Part shown: piece by piece, positions 54,981 through 62,698 of the stretch
Position numbering within the stretch: position 1 is the first letter of the stretch
Layout of the letters: every line of letters begins with the position of its first letter
Source: an uncultured Deinococcaceae bacterium
Lineage (GTDB): Bacteria > Deinococcota > Deinococci > Deinococcales > Deinococcaceae
NCBI GenBank assembly: GCA_964252075.1
Contig: CAXULY010000023.1
Location: 1-64,000 of the forward strand
Length of the DNA: 64,000 nt
Direction: 5' to 3'
The notes under the pieces: generated by a model
Database searches by the model: none
What the model saw: the letters and a program-made list of their open reading frames with translations, nothing else
What the model was told of the DNA's origin: nothing
Position numbers and translations under genes: made by a program

Positions 54981-55220
54981 ATGGCCACACTCAAAGAACT
55001 GAGGGCCGAAGCGGGCATCAGCCGGGAGGAGTTCTCCCGGCTCACCCAGCGGACACTCGCCTCCATCGAGAAGCACGAGCAGGGCAAGTACGGCATGAGC
55101 CTTCAGGCCGCCCTCGACTATTCCCTGACCCTTGGCCGACTGCTCTCCCGTACTCCCAGTAATCTACTAATGGAGATCGCGGAGGCGGAACGCCAGCACG
55201 AAAGCCAGGTGCTCCAGTGA
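54981..55220 (+). CDS. Cro-like XRE HTH protein
   Basis: LKELRAEAGISREEFS..TLASIEKHEQG; GGAGG RBS; divergent from the repressor. Confidence 0.85.
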   Translation: MATLKELRAEAGISREEFSRLTQRTLASIEKHEQGKYGMSLQAALDYSLTLGRLLSRTPSNLLMEIAEAERQHESQVLQ

Positions 55221-55417
55221 CGCGCAAGGCCACACCCGAACTGGTGATCCGCAGCCACTTCCACACGACCGACGACCGGCGCCACCAGCGCGCCGCCCTG
55301 ACCTACCTCCTCAGTCATCCCTCCGGTCCTGCCCCAGCGGGCTTCACGGACCAACCCGCCGCGCCCCCTTCCCCCGCGACGGGCCCCCTCTCGGCTATCA
55401 GCGCCAAGCGCGCCTAG
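55217..55417 (+). CDS. Small phage hypothetical protein
   Basis: GTGA overlap with the cro-like gene. Confidence 0.55.
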   Translation: MTRKATPELVIRSHFHTTDDRRHQRAALTYLLSHPSGPAPAGFTDQPAAPPSPATGPLSAISAKRA

Positions 55418-55474
55418 CAATCAAAAACCCCGCCCAAAGGGTCTAGAGCCCGGGCGGGGAGATCGGAGATCCAC

Positions 55475-55984
55475 ATGGATTCTACAGGAAGCCAGTCCTC
55501 ACCTCGCCTTGTTGAACGGTTCAACTCAAAGGTGCGCATCACCAGCACCTGCCATGAGTGGACTGGGTACTGCGACCCCAACGGGTATGGTCGGTTCCGT
55601 ACGCAAGGCGTCGTCACGTACGCGCACCGCTTTGCGTATGAGTTGCACAACGGGCCTGTGCCCGATGGCCTGCACGTCGACCACCTGTGCCGAAACCGAA
55701 AGTGCGTGAACCCAGCGCATCTACAGGCCGTGACCGTGCGCGAGAACGTGATGCGCCCCAACAGCAACGCGGCCCCAGCACGGCGCGCGCGTGGAGAAGT
55801 GGTGACCAGCACCAAGGGGATATCCCGCCCCCGGCCACTTCAAGCGACCTGCAGGCAGGGGCATCCCATGTGCGGGGAAAACCTGTACGTCCGTCCCTCC
55901 GGGAAGCGCGTTTGCAGGGAGTGCATGCGACACCACCGCCGCGAGCATTACGCGCGCTCACAGAGCACGAGCGGACGCGCATGA
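55475..55984 (+). CDS. HNH endonuclease (homing-endonuclease-like) with C-terminal Cys/His module
   Basis: CHEWTG..GYG..AHRFAYEL..VDHLCRNRKCVNPAHL; CRQGH..RVCREC. Confidence 0.9.
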   Translation: MDSTGSQSSPRLVERFNSKVRITSTCHEWTGYCDPNGYGRFRTQGVVTYAHRFAYELHNGPVPDGLHVDHLCRNRKCVNPAHLQAVTVRENVMRPNSNAAPARRARGEVVTSTKGISRPRPLQATCRQGHPMCGENLYVRPSGKRVCRECMRHHRREHYARSQSTSGRA

Positions 55985-56190
55985 ATCGTGCGCCCGCACC
56001 TCCACATCTCGCCATGACCCCTGAAGAGGTGGCACAGGAGCTCCGGCTCGGACGCACCCAGGTCTTCGCGTTGCTCAAATCAGGCGCTTTACCGAGTTTT
56101 CAGATCGGGCGGTTGCGCCGCATACGGCGGTCCGATCTCGAGGCATTCGTCGAACAACTGATTCAGCAAGAGAAGGAGCAGCGCGCATGA
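55981..56190 (+). CDS. Excisionase-like HTH (HTH_17) protein
   Basis: MTPEEVAQELRLGRTQVFALLKSGALPSFQIGRLRRI. Confidence 0.88.
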   Translation: MNRAPAPPHLAMTPEEVAQELRLGRTQVFALLKSGALPSFQIGRLRRIRRSDLEAFVEQLIQQEKEQRA

Positions 56191-56540
56191 GCCAAAGCCA
56201 AAACCCGCGCTGGGCGCAAACACGCCCTTGCGCACGTCACCTGTTCCGCCATCACTACATGGCGACCATCCACGGGGACGAGGTGGCGCTCGACTTCCAG
56301 CCGCCCCTGCCCGCGCTGCCCGGTTCGCGCCTGCACCTCCTGCGCGGCACCTGTCCCGTTGGACAGGTGGACCACACGCTGCGCCAGTTGGAGCTGGAGC
56401 GCGGCGTGACCCTGGTGCCGGGCAACACCATCCGCCCGTACTTTGACGAGGACGAGAACCGCTGGTACCCGCGCGCCGACCGCGCGCTGTTCCTCCTGCC
56501 GGCACGCCCGGCCTTCCCCACCCAGGACGGGGCGGCATGA
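56187..56540 (+). CDS. Phage hypothetical protein
   Basis: AAGGAG RBS; ATGA overlaps at both ends. Confidence 0.7.
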   Translation: MSQSQNPRWAQTRPCARHLFRHHYMATIHGDEVALDFQPPLPALPGSRLHLLRGTCPVGQVDHTLRQLELERGVTLVPGNTIRPYFDEDENRWYPRADRALFLLPARPAFPTQDGAA

Positions 56541-56782
56541 CGGCCATCCTTCCCCGCACCATCCTGGTGCGCCGCGTCGGCCCGTTGGTGGAGACGCCGC
56601 GCGAGGTGGCGCTGAACGAGTTCACCGCGCTGCTGTGCCGCGCCCGCATGAGCGCCCGCCTCGGCCTGCCCGCGCCGCTCCTCGGCAGCGGGTACCGCCC
56701 GAGCAGCTGGTGCCAGGAGTGCCACGCCGTGCATTACGAGCCCGGCACCATCTGCCCCGCGTGCCTGGAGCGGCGCCGATGA
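56537..56782 (+). CDS. Phage hypothetical protein with CxxC..CxxC
   Basis: CQEC..CPAC; ATGA overlaps. Confidence 0.65.
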   Translation: MTAILPRTILVRRVGPLVETPREVALNEFTALLCRARMSARLGLPAPLLGSGYRPSSWCQECHAVHYEPGTICPACLERRR

Positions 56783-57270
56783 CGCGCCGATACGCCAAGG
56801 ACACCGACGTCACCGCTCAGCGGACCCGTCAGGAGATTGAGGCACTCCTCCAGAAGTTCGGCTGCGCTCAGTTCGGCGTGGCGCAGGACAACGAGCGCCA
56901 CCTTGTGACGCTGGCCTTCGTCTTCCACGGTCAGCCGCACCGCATCGTGCTGCCCCTGCCGAACCCCAGTGCGCAGGAGTTCACGCACTACCGCAACCCG
57001 AACGCGGGCAGCGGCTGGACGCCGCGCCCAAAGAAGCGCCAGTACTCCGGTCAGGCGTCTACCACAGCAGAGGCAGTTCAGCAGGCCACGGATTCTCGCT
57101 GGCGGGCGCTGCTGCTGATGCTGCGCGCGCAGTTGGAGTACGCCGACCTGACCAGCACGGACGCCCTGCTGGCCCTCGCCGCGTACCGCGTCCTCAGCAA
57201 TGGCCGCACCGTGGCCGAGCAGATCACGGACACGGGCAACCCACCGGCCCTGACGTGGGGTAACGCGTGA
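56779..57270 (+). CDS. Conserved phage hypothetical protein
   Basis: RYAKDTDV..RTRQEIE.LL..FG..RWRALLL..RAQLE; ATGA overlap. Confidence 0.7.
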   Translation: MTRRYAKDTDVTAQRTRQEIEALLQKFGCAQFGVAQDNERHLVTLAFVFHGQPHRIVLPLPNPSAQEFTHYRNPNAGSGWTPRPKKRQYSGQASTTAEAVQQATDSRWRALLLMLRAQLEYADLTSTDALLALAAYRVLSNGRTVAEQITDTGNPPALTWGNA

Positions 57271-57650
57271 CGACCGGCGCGCCCCTCAACCTGCGGCCCT
57301 TCGCGCCGCACCTCGCCCTCGCCTGGGTGGGGTGCGGCACGCTCGCGGCCCTCTCCCCCGTTCCCCTCGTGACCGCAGTGGCTGGCACCTCCAGCATCGC
57401 GGCGGGCCTGTGCGCCCTCGGAGCCCTCATGATGACTGGCACCCGCATCCACGACGCGCACGCCGAGCGCGCCGTCCTCGCCCGCAAAGGCTTGCTCGTC
57501 GGCGCGCGCGTCCCCCTGACCAAGAACTGGCTCTGGCTGCGCCTGCGCCGCCGCGGCCAGCTGCGCGTCCTGCACGCGGGGGTGCCCATCGAGCGCCGCG
57601 AGTTCATCCCACCCGTCGAGGTCCGCGTGTCCGAGGCGGTGGTGCGGTGA
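57267..57650 (+). CDS. Phage membrane hypothetical protein
   Basis: Two hydrophobic segments; GTGA overlaps. Confidence 0.6.
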   Translation: MTTGAPLNLRPFAPHLALAWVGCGTLAALSPVPLVTAVAGTSSIAAGLCALGALMMTGTRIHDAHAERAVLARKGLLVGARVPLTKNWLWLRLRRRGQLRVLHAGVPIERREFIPPVEVRVSEAVVR

Positions 57651-58243
57651 AGCTCAGCGACGTGACGCGCCGCCTCGAAGCGCCGTTCGCCACGCACCTC
57701 GTGGGCTGGGCGCCGTACTTCATCACGCATGACCGCGAGCGCGCGTTAATGCTCGCTCACGTGGACGCCCGGTCGGTCATGGACCGTCTGGACGCCATCT
57801 GCCCGAACGAATGGACCTTCGAGATCACGGTCGTTCAGGGCGCGGCGCTGCCGACCGTGAAGGGACGCCTGACCGTGCTGGGCGTCACGCGTGAGGACAT
57901 CGGCGAGGCGAACAGCACGGACGTGAAGCCGTCCCTGAAGACCGCCGCGAGTGACGCGCTCAAGCGCTGCGCCGTGCACTTCGGCATTGGTCGCTACCTG
58001 TACGACCTGCCCCGCCAGTGGGTGGACTGGGACGACTCGAAGCGCGAAGCGAAGGACGGCGACCCCGAGCTGCCCGCGTGGGCGCGCCCCGAAGGCGAAC
58101 GCTCGCCCGGTGGGCAGCACATCGTGCAGGCCATCGAGCAGCTCAAGGACGAACTCCCCGAGGACCTGGACCTGCAGCGCGAGGTGTACAAGCACCTCCG
58201 TGCCGCCCTGGCCACCCTGCGCCCGGAAGGACAGCCCGCATGA
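57647..58243 (+). CDS. ddrA: DdrA homolog (Rad52/Rad22-family single-strand annealing/DNA-end protection protein)
   Basis: KLSDV, LAHVDAR, PTVKGRLTVLGVTREDIGEA, AASDALKRCAVHFGIGRYLYDLP, ELPEDLDLQREVYKHL match recalled Deinococcus DdrA. Confidence 0.9.
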   Translation: MKLSDVTRRLEAPFATHLVGWAPYFITHDRERALMLAHVDARSVMDRLDAICPNEWTFEITVVQGAALPTVKGRLTVLGVTREDIGEANSTDVKPSLKTAASDALKRCAVHFGIGRYLYDLPRQWVDWDDSKREAKDGDPELPAWARPEGERSPGGQHIVQAIEQLKDELPEDLDLQREVYKHLRAALATLRPEGQPA

Positions 58244-59115
58244 CCAGCCCCAAGCCCAGCTTCACCCTCGCGCCGTCGCACTTCGCCTACCTCTATGCCG
58301 AGTGCCCGCGCTGCTACGCGCTGCACGTCGTGCACAAGGACTACCGGCCCTTCGCGCCGTTTCCCAGCGTCTTCGGGAAGATTGACGGCGCCAACAAGGC
58401 GTTCTTCGGGTCGCAGCGCACCGAGGACGTGCTGCCCGCCCTGCCGCCCGGGCTGATCGTCACGCCCGGCCGGCAGAAGCTGACCTCTCACCCCTTCGAG
58501 CTCGAAGACGCCACGGTGCAGCTCAGCGGGTACCTGGACGCGTACGTCGAGTTCGACGATGGCACGCTCGGCGTGGTGGATTTCAAGACCACCAGTAGCG
58601 CCGTAGGGCAGGACGAAAAGTATTCCCGACAGCTGCATTCGTACGCGCACGCCCTCGAAGCGAAGACCGGCAAGACCGTGAGCCACATGGGCCTGTTCGT
58701 TCTGAGCCCCATTGAGCTGCGGGGCTCGAGCCTCAAACCGGGCGCGGGGTGGGGACTGTGGATGGACGGCGCGTACGTGCCTGTCGAGCGGGATGACGTG
58801 GCGTTCAAGGCCTTCCTCGGCCAGGTGGCTACGCTGCTGGCGGGCCCGCTGCCCGATCCCGCACTGACGTGTGGGTACTGCGACTACCGCACCCGGCCCC
58901 TCCCGGTGCCGGAGCGCGGCGCCTTCACGAGAGCGCTGCGTTCTGGGTGTCACGTCGGGCTGGCCTCGCTCGGGCAGGACGGCTTCAACGCCGGACTGAA
59001 CAGTGGCGGCGTGACTCCCACCTGGCTGGCCGAGGGCCAGGGTCCCACGCCCGAAGCGGCGCTCGCGGAGCTGCAGGCGAAGTACAACCTCATGCCCCAT
59101 GAGGACGACGCATGA
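58240..59115 (+). CDS. PD-(D/E)XK nuclease (RecB/Cas4-like)
   Basis: CPRC, GYLD..VVDFKT, QLHSY, CGYC. Confidence 0.85.
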   Translation: MTSPKPSFTLAPSHFAYLYAECPRCYALHVVHKDYRPFAPFPSVFGKIDGANKAFFGSQRTEDVLPALPPGLIVTPGRQKLTSHPFELEDATVQLSGYLDAYVEFDDGTLGVVDFKTTSSAVGQDEKYSRQLHSYAHALEAKTGKTVSHMGLFVLSPIELRGSSLKPGAGWGLWMDGAYVPVERDDVAFKAFLGQVATLLAGPLPDPALTCGYCDYRTRPLPVPERGAFTRALRSGCHVGLASLGQDGFNAGLNSGGVTPTWLAEGQGPTPEAALAELQAKYNLMPHEDDA

Positions 59116-60419
59116 CCGCCCTCGAACGGCACCAGCCGCAGGTGTCCGCACAGCTCACCCTGCACCACGACTATTCGCGCGAGCAGATGGACCTCATCAA
59201 GGCCACCATGGCGCCGGAGACCAGCGACCTTGAATTCAAGCTGTTCCTGGAGGTCAGCCGCACCCTGGGCCTCAGCCCCCTGCAGCGCCAGATCCACGCC
59301 GTGATGCGCAGCGAGCGTGTGAACGAGAACGGTCAGTGGCGGTCCGTCAAGAAGATGGTCATTCAGACCGGCATCGACGGCTACCGCCTGATCGCCGCGC
59401 GCACCAACGCGCACGTCGGCACGAGTGACGCCGAGTTCGGCCCGCCGAACGCCGAAGGGTATCCAAGCTGGGCAAAGGTCACCGCCCGCCGCCTCGTGCA
59501 GGGCCTGATCGCCGAGTACCCCGCCACCGCCCACTGGACGGAGTACGTGCAGAAGAACGGCAAGGGCGAAGTCAACAGCATGTGGAAGCAGCGCCCTTAC
59601 GGGCAGCTCGCCAAGTGCGCCGAGGCGCTCGCCCTGCGCAAGGCGTTCCCGGCGGAGCTGAGCGGCGTGTACACGGACACCGAGATGGACCAGGCGGACA
59701 ACCCGCCCGCGGAGGTGCACCAGGAGCGTCGGCAGGACGTGACCGCCCATGTAGCCCAAGAGGCAGGCGTGGAGACCAAACGCCTGGCCCTCCCTGAGCC
59801 GAGCGCGGACGAGCAGCAGCGCGAGGAGGCACTGCGCGCGTGGGCTGCGAAGATCAGCACCGCCGTCGAGCGCCTCCGCGGCAAGGACCTGAAGGCAGAC
59901 GCGGACGCCATCCTCACGCGGTACCCGACATGGCGCAAGGACGTGAAGCAGGCGACCGCCGCCTACGCGGAGCTGAAGGCACGCGCCGAGCGTTGGGTCG
60001 CCGAGGACGAGGCGCGCCGCGAGGGTCCCGTCGAGCAGGGCCTCGCGGTGCACATCGCGCGCGAACTGCAGGACCGCTACGGCTTCAAGGGCACGAAGGA
60101 AGAGCGCGCGCAGCGCCTGTCCTTCGTGGGCTGGATCGTCGGCGCGCCCGGCCTCACCAGCACCAAGGACCTGAACCAGGGGCAGGCCGAGCGCCTCCTC
60201 CAGGTCCTGAACGGCGCGGACCCCAATGAGCTGCTGGAGCGCTGGCACCTGCACGTCGCCGAGCAGGTCGACGCGAGCGCGCAGACCGCCGAGGTCGCCC
60301 GCCGCGAGCGCGCGCACCTCGGCAGTGCGCCCGTGCAGGACGCCGAGTTCACGCAACTCGACCGCGAATTCCCGGATGACGACCTCGTCCCGTACCGCGA
60401 CGAGGACCTCCCCTTCTGA
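59112..60419 (+). CDS. Phage recombination protein Bet/RecT family with long C-terminal extension
   Basis: LGLSPLQRQIH, QTGIDGYRLIA, MWKQRP..QLAKCAEALALRKAFP..GVYT..EM; acidic tail DEDLPF. Confidence 0.9.
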   Translation: MTALERHQPQVSAQLTLHHDYSREQMDLIKATMAPETSDLEFKLFLEVSRTLGLSPLQRQIHAVMRSERVNENGQWRSVKKMVIQTGIDGYRLIAARTNAHVGTSDAEFGPPNAEGYPSWAKVTARRLVQGLIAEYPATAHWTEYVQKNGKGEVNSMWKQRPYGQLAKCAEALALRKAFPAELSGVYTDTEMDQADNPPAEVHQERRQDVTAHVAQEAGVETKRLALPEPSADEQQREEALRAWAAKISTAVERLRGKDLKADADAILTRYPTWRKDVKQATAAYAELKARAERWVAEDEARREGPVEQGLAVHIARELQDRYGFKGTKEERAQRLSFVGWIVGAPGLTSTKDLNQGQAERLLQVLNGADPNELLERWHLHVAEQVDASAQTAEVARRERAHLGSAPVQDAEFTQLDREFPDDDLVPYRDEDLPF

Positions 60420-60469
60420 CCCCCTTCGCCCGGCGCGCACCGCGCCGGGCCGCTTGACCGAGGCACCGC

Positions 60470-61021
60470 ATGACACCGACACACAGCCACCACCTCGCGG
60501 ACGTGTACGCCGACCTGTACGAACAGGCCGTCACCAAGGGCACGGCGCGCACCACCCTCGCGAAGGGCCTCCACATCCTCGTGCGGTACCGCGCGAACGG
60601 CGCCCGCCAGATGGTCCTCACCCGCACCGCCGACACCGCGCCGAGCGCGCTGGAGGCGAAGACCTGCGCGGAGCAGGCGGGCTTCCCCGACTTCCGCGCG
60701 CTGCCCTGGACGACCGGGAAGGGCCTGCCCGCCCTGGTCGTGACGGAAGTCCTCCCGCCACCCATCACCGGCGCCGACGAACCCGAGGAGCCGGAGGAGG
60801 CCGCCCAGCCGCCCGCCCCTGCCCTGCCGAACTTCGACCGGAACCTCGTGAGCGCCGAGATCCTCGCGATCAGCGCGAACCGCGGGGAGTTCTGGACGTG
60901 GGCGCAGGTGGTCGAGGCGCGCACCAAAGGCCTCGCCGCGATGACCGACCAGGAGCTGCACCACGAGCTGGTGCTGCACCGCCGCTTCTACAAACGCCCC
61001 GAGCGCGCGGTGTTCGCGTGA
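60470..61021 (+). CDS. Phage hypothetical protein
   Basis: 183 aa, GAGG RBS, GTGA overlap with the next gene. Confidence 0.7.
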   Translation: MTPTHSHHLADVYADLYEQAVTKGTARTTLAKGLHILVRYRANGARQMVLTRTADTAPSALEAKTCAEQAGFPDFRALPWTTGKGLPALVVTEVLPPPITGADEPEEPEEAAQPPAPALPNFDRNLVSAEILAISANRGEFWTWAQVVEARTKGLAAMTDQELHHELVLHRRFYKRPERAVFA

Positions 61022-62028
61022 GCATCAAGGTCATGACGGAGGTGTGGGCGTCATCGGGCGCGACCTCCACCAAGCGCCTGATGATGCTCGCCCTCGCGGA
61101 CCACGCGAACGACGAGGGCTGGTGCTACCCGAGCGTGATCGGCCTCGCCACCAAGTGCTGCATCACCGAACGAAACGCGCAACTGATCCTGCGCGAACTC
61201 GAAGCGAGCGGCGAGCTGATCACCGAGCCTGGCGCCGGGCGGGGACACAAGAACCTGTACTGGGTGCTGCCCCCGGCCACGCAGGAACGGGTGGCGCTGG
61301 AACTGACGGAGCAGCTGGGCCGCACGAAGCTCGCCGAAGAAAAGGTGAAAATCTCTGCGCTGCTCGAAAAGGTGAAGTCCTGTGCGGAAAAGGCGAAATC
61401 CCCTGCACAAAAGGTGAAATCCAGCGGCGAAAAGGTGCAGGGGATTTCACCCGAACCATCAGTAACCGTCAGTGAACCATCAACAGGAACCAGAGAGAGC
61501 GAAGGCGAAACGGCCGACCCGGACAACGCGCTGCGCTCGGGTAAGGATCAGGACCGGCACCCCAACCGCCCAGGCGGCGCTGATCGCGCCGCAGCCGCTC
61601 ACGCGGCTGGCCGAGGCCCCGCCCTGACCGTCACGGGATCACGGGCTGAGGGCAAGGCAACCGACGCACCGCCCACGAGCACTGAAGAAGTTCCGGGCGG
61701 CGGCTGGGCCGCTGTGGACAACCCTGTGGACAACCCGTCCGCGCGGTACCTGCGCAACATCTTCCGCCCGGACAAGCGACCCGACATGCTCGACGAGGAA
61801 CCGGACCGCGCCCGCTGGCACGAGATCCCCGTGGAGCGCATCCGCGACCTGAAGCTCAAGGCCGTCGAGCAGGCCCAGAAGTCCGGCGGGTCGTTCCGCA
61901 CGCCGCTGATCGGCTTCCTGGACCTGGAGATCGCCCGCCAGCGCAAACCCAAGACCCGCACCGTCCGCGACGACCGCCAGGCGGCGGACGACGAGGTCGA
62001 CGCGATCCTCAACGGAGGCAAGGAATGA
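61018..62028 (+). CDS. Phage replication initiator (N-terminal HTH)
   Basis: KRLMMLALADHANDEGWCYPSV..LA.KC...ER..L.ELE..G; internal iteron-like repeats. Confidence 0.82.
   Translation: MSIKVMTEVWASSGATSTKRLMMLALADHANDEGWCYPSVIGLATKCCITERNAQLILRELEASGELITEPGAGRGHKNLYWVLPPATQERVALELTEQLGRTKLAEEKVKISALLEKVKSCAEKAKSPAQKVKSSGEKVQGISPEPSVTVSEPSTGTRESEGETADPDNALRSGKDQDRHPNRPGGADRAAAAHAAGRGPALTVTGSRAEGKATDAPPTSTEEVPGGGWAAVDNPVDNPSARYLRNIFRPDKRPDMLDEEPDRARWHEIPVERIRDLKLKAVEQAQKSGGSFRTPLIGFLDLEIARQRKPKTRTVRDDRQAADDEVDAILNGGKE
61339..61451 (+). repeat. Iteron-like repeats (probable phage origin) inside the initiator gene
   Basis: GAAAAGGTGAAATCC-like units at 61339, 61366, 61387, 61408, 61429 plus inverted GGGATTTCACC. 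Confidence 0.75.
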
Positions 62029-62672
62029 GCGACGCCTTTGACCTGCGCGCCGACCTGACCGACGCGCTGCTGCAACGCCCCGCGACGCTCGACGCCATCA
62101 CCCGCAACCGCGCACGCCGCGAGGCCGGCCCCCGATCCAGCGCCGTGAGCACCGACCGCCAGGGCGAGCACGCGACGGGCGCGCTGCTAGAGGACGCGAT
62201 GCAGTCCCAGGACTTCGGGGAGCGGGCCACCCGCGCCCAGATGGTCGAGACCCTACAGCAGCACCCGCGCGCCCTCCAGGCGCTGCGCGCGAACCGCCTG
62301 CGGAACCTGGAGCGGCACGCCACCCCCGCGGCGCCCAGCACCACCGGCGCCACCTGCCCCTGGTGCGACGCGCCCGGCGAGCCCGTGCAGGTCATGAACA
62401 GCAGCGGCACCTTCGCCATGACCGTCACGCGCCTGCGCCCCGACTGCTGCCCGGACGCCCTGCTTGACAGCGCGCAGCGCGCACTCCGGTATGCCCGCAA
62501 CCCGGACGGACCCACCAACGAACGCACCGAGAACGCGCAGCGGTACCTGCAGCTGCGCGGCCAGATCACACGCCGCGAGGACCTCGCGCAGCTCGACGCG
62601 CTCGAAGCCGAACTGAAGCGCCGCGCCGCGAACCGCGGCCCGTCCTACGCCCGCACCACCCCCGACCTGTGA
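62025..62672 (+). CDS. Phage hypothetical protein
   Basis: ATGA overlap; CPWC..CC. Confidence 0.65.
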   Translation: MSDAFDLRADLTDALLQRPATLDAITRNRARREAGPRSSAVSTDRQGEHATGALLEDAMQSQDFGERATRAQMVETLQQHPRALQALRANRLRNLERHATPAAPSTTGATCPWCDAPGEPVQVMNSSGTFAMTVTRLRPDCCPDALLDSAQRALRYARNPDGPTNERTENAQRYLQLRGQITRREDLAQLDALEAELKRRAANRGPSYARTTPDL

Positions 62673-62698
62673 CCCCTCCACCCGCGAAGGAGACGACC

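Noticed and set aside
54926..55162. Alternative ORF overlapping the cro-like gene
   Set aside because: The 54981-55220 frame has the RBS and the HTH motif
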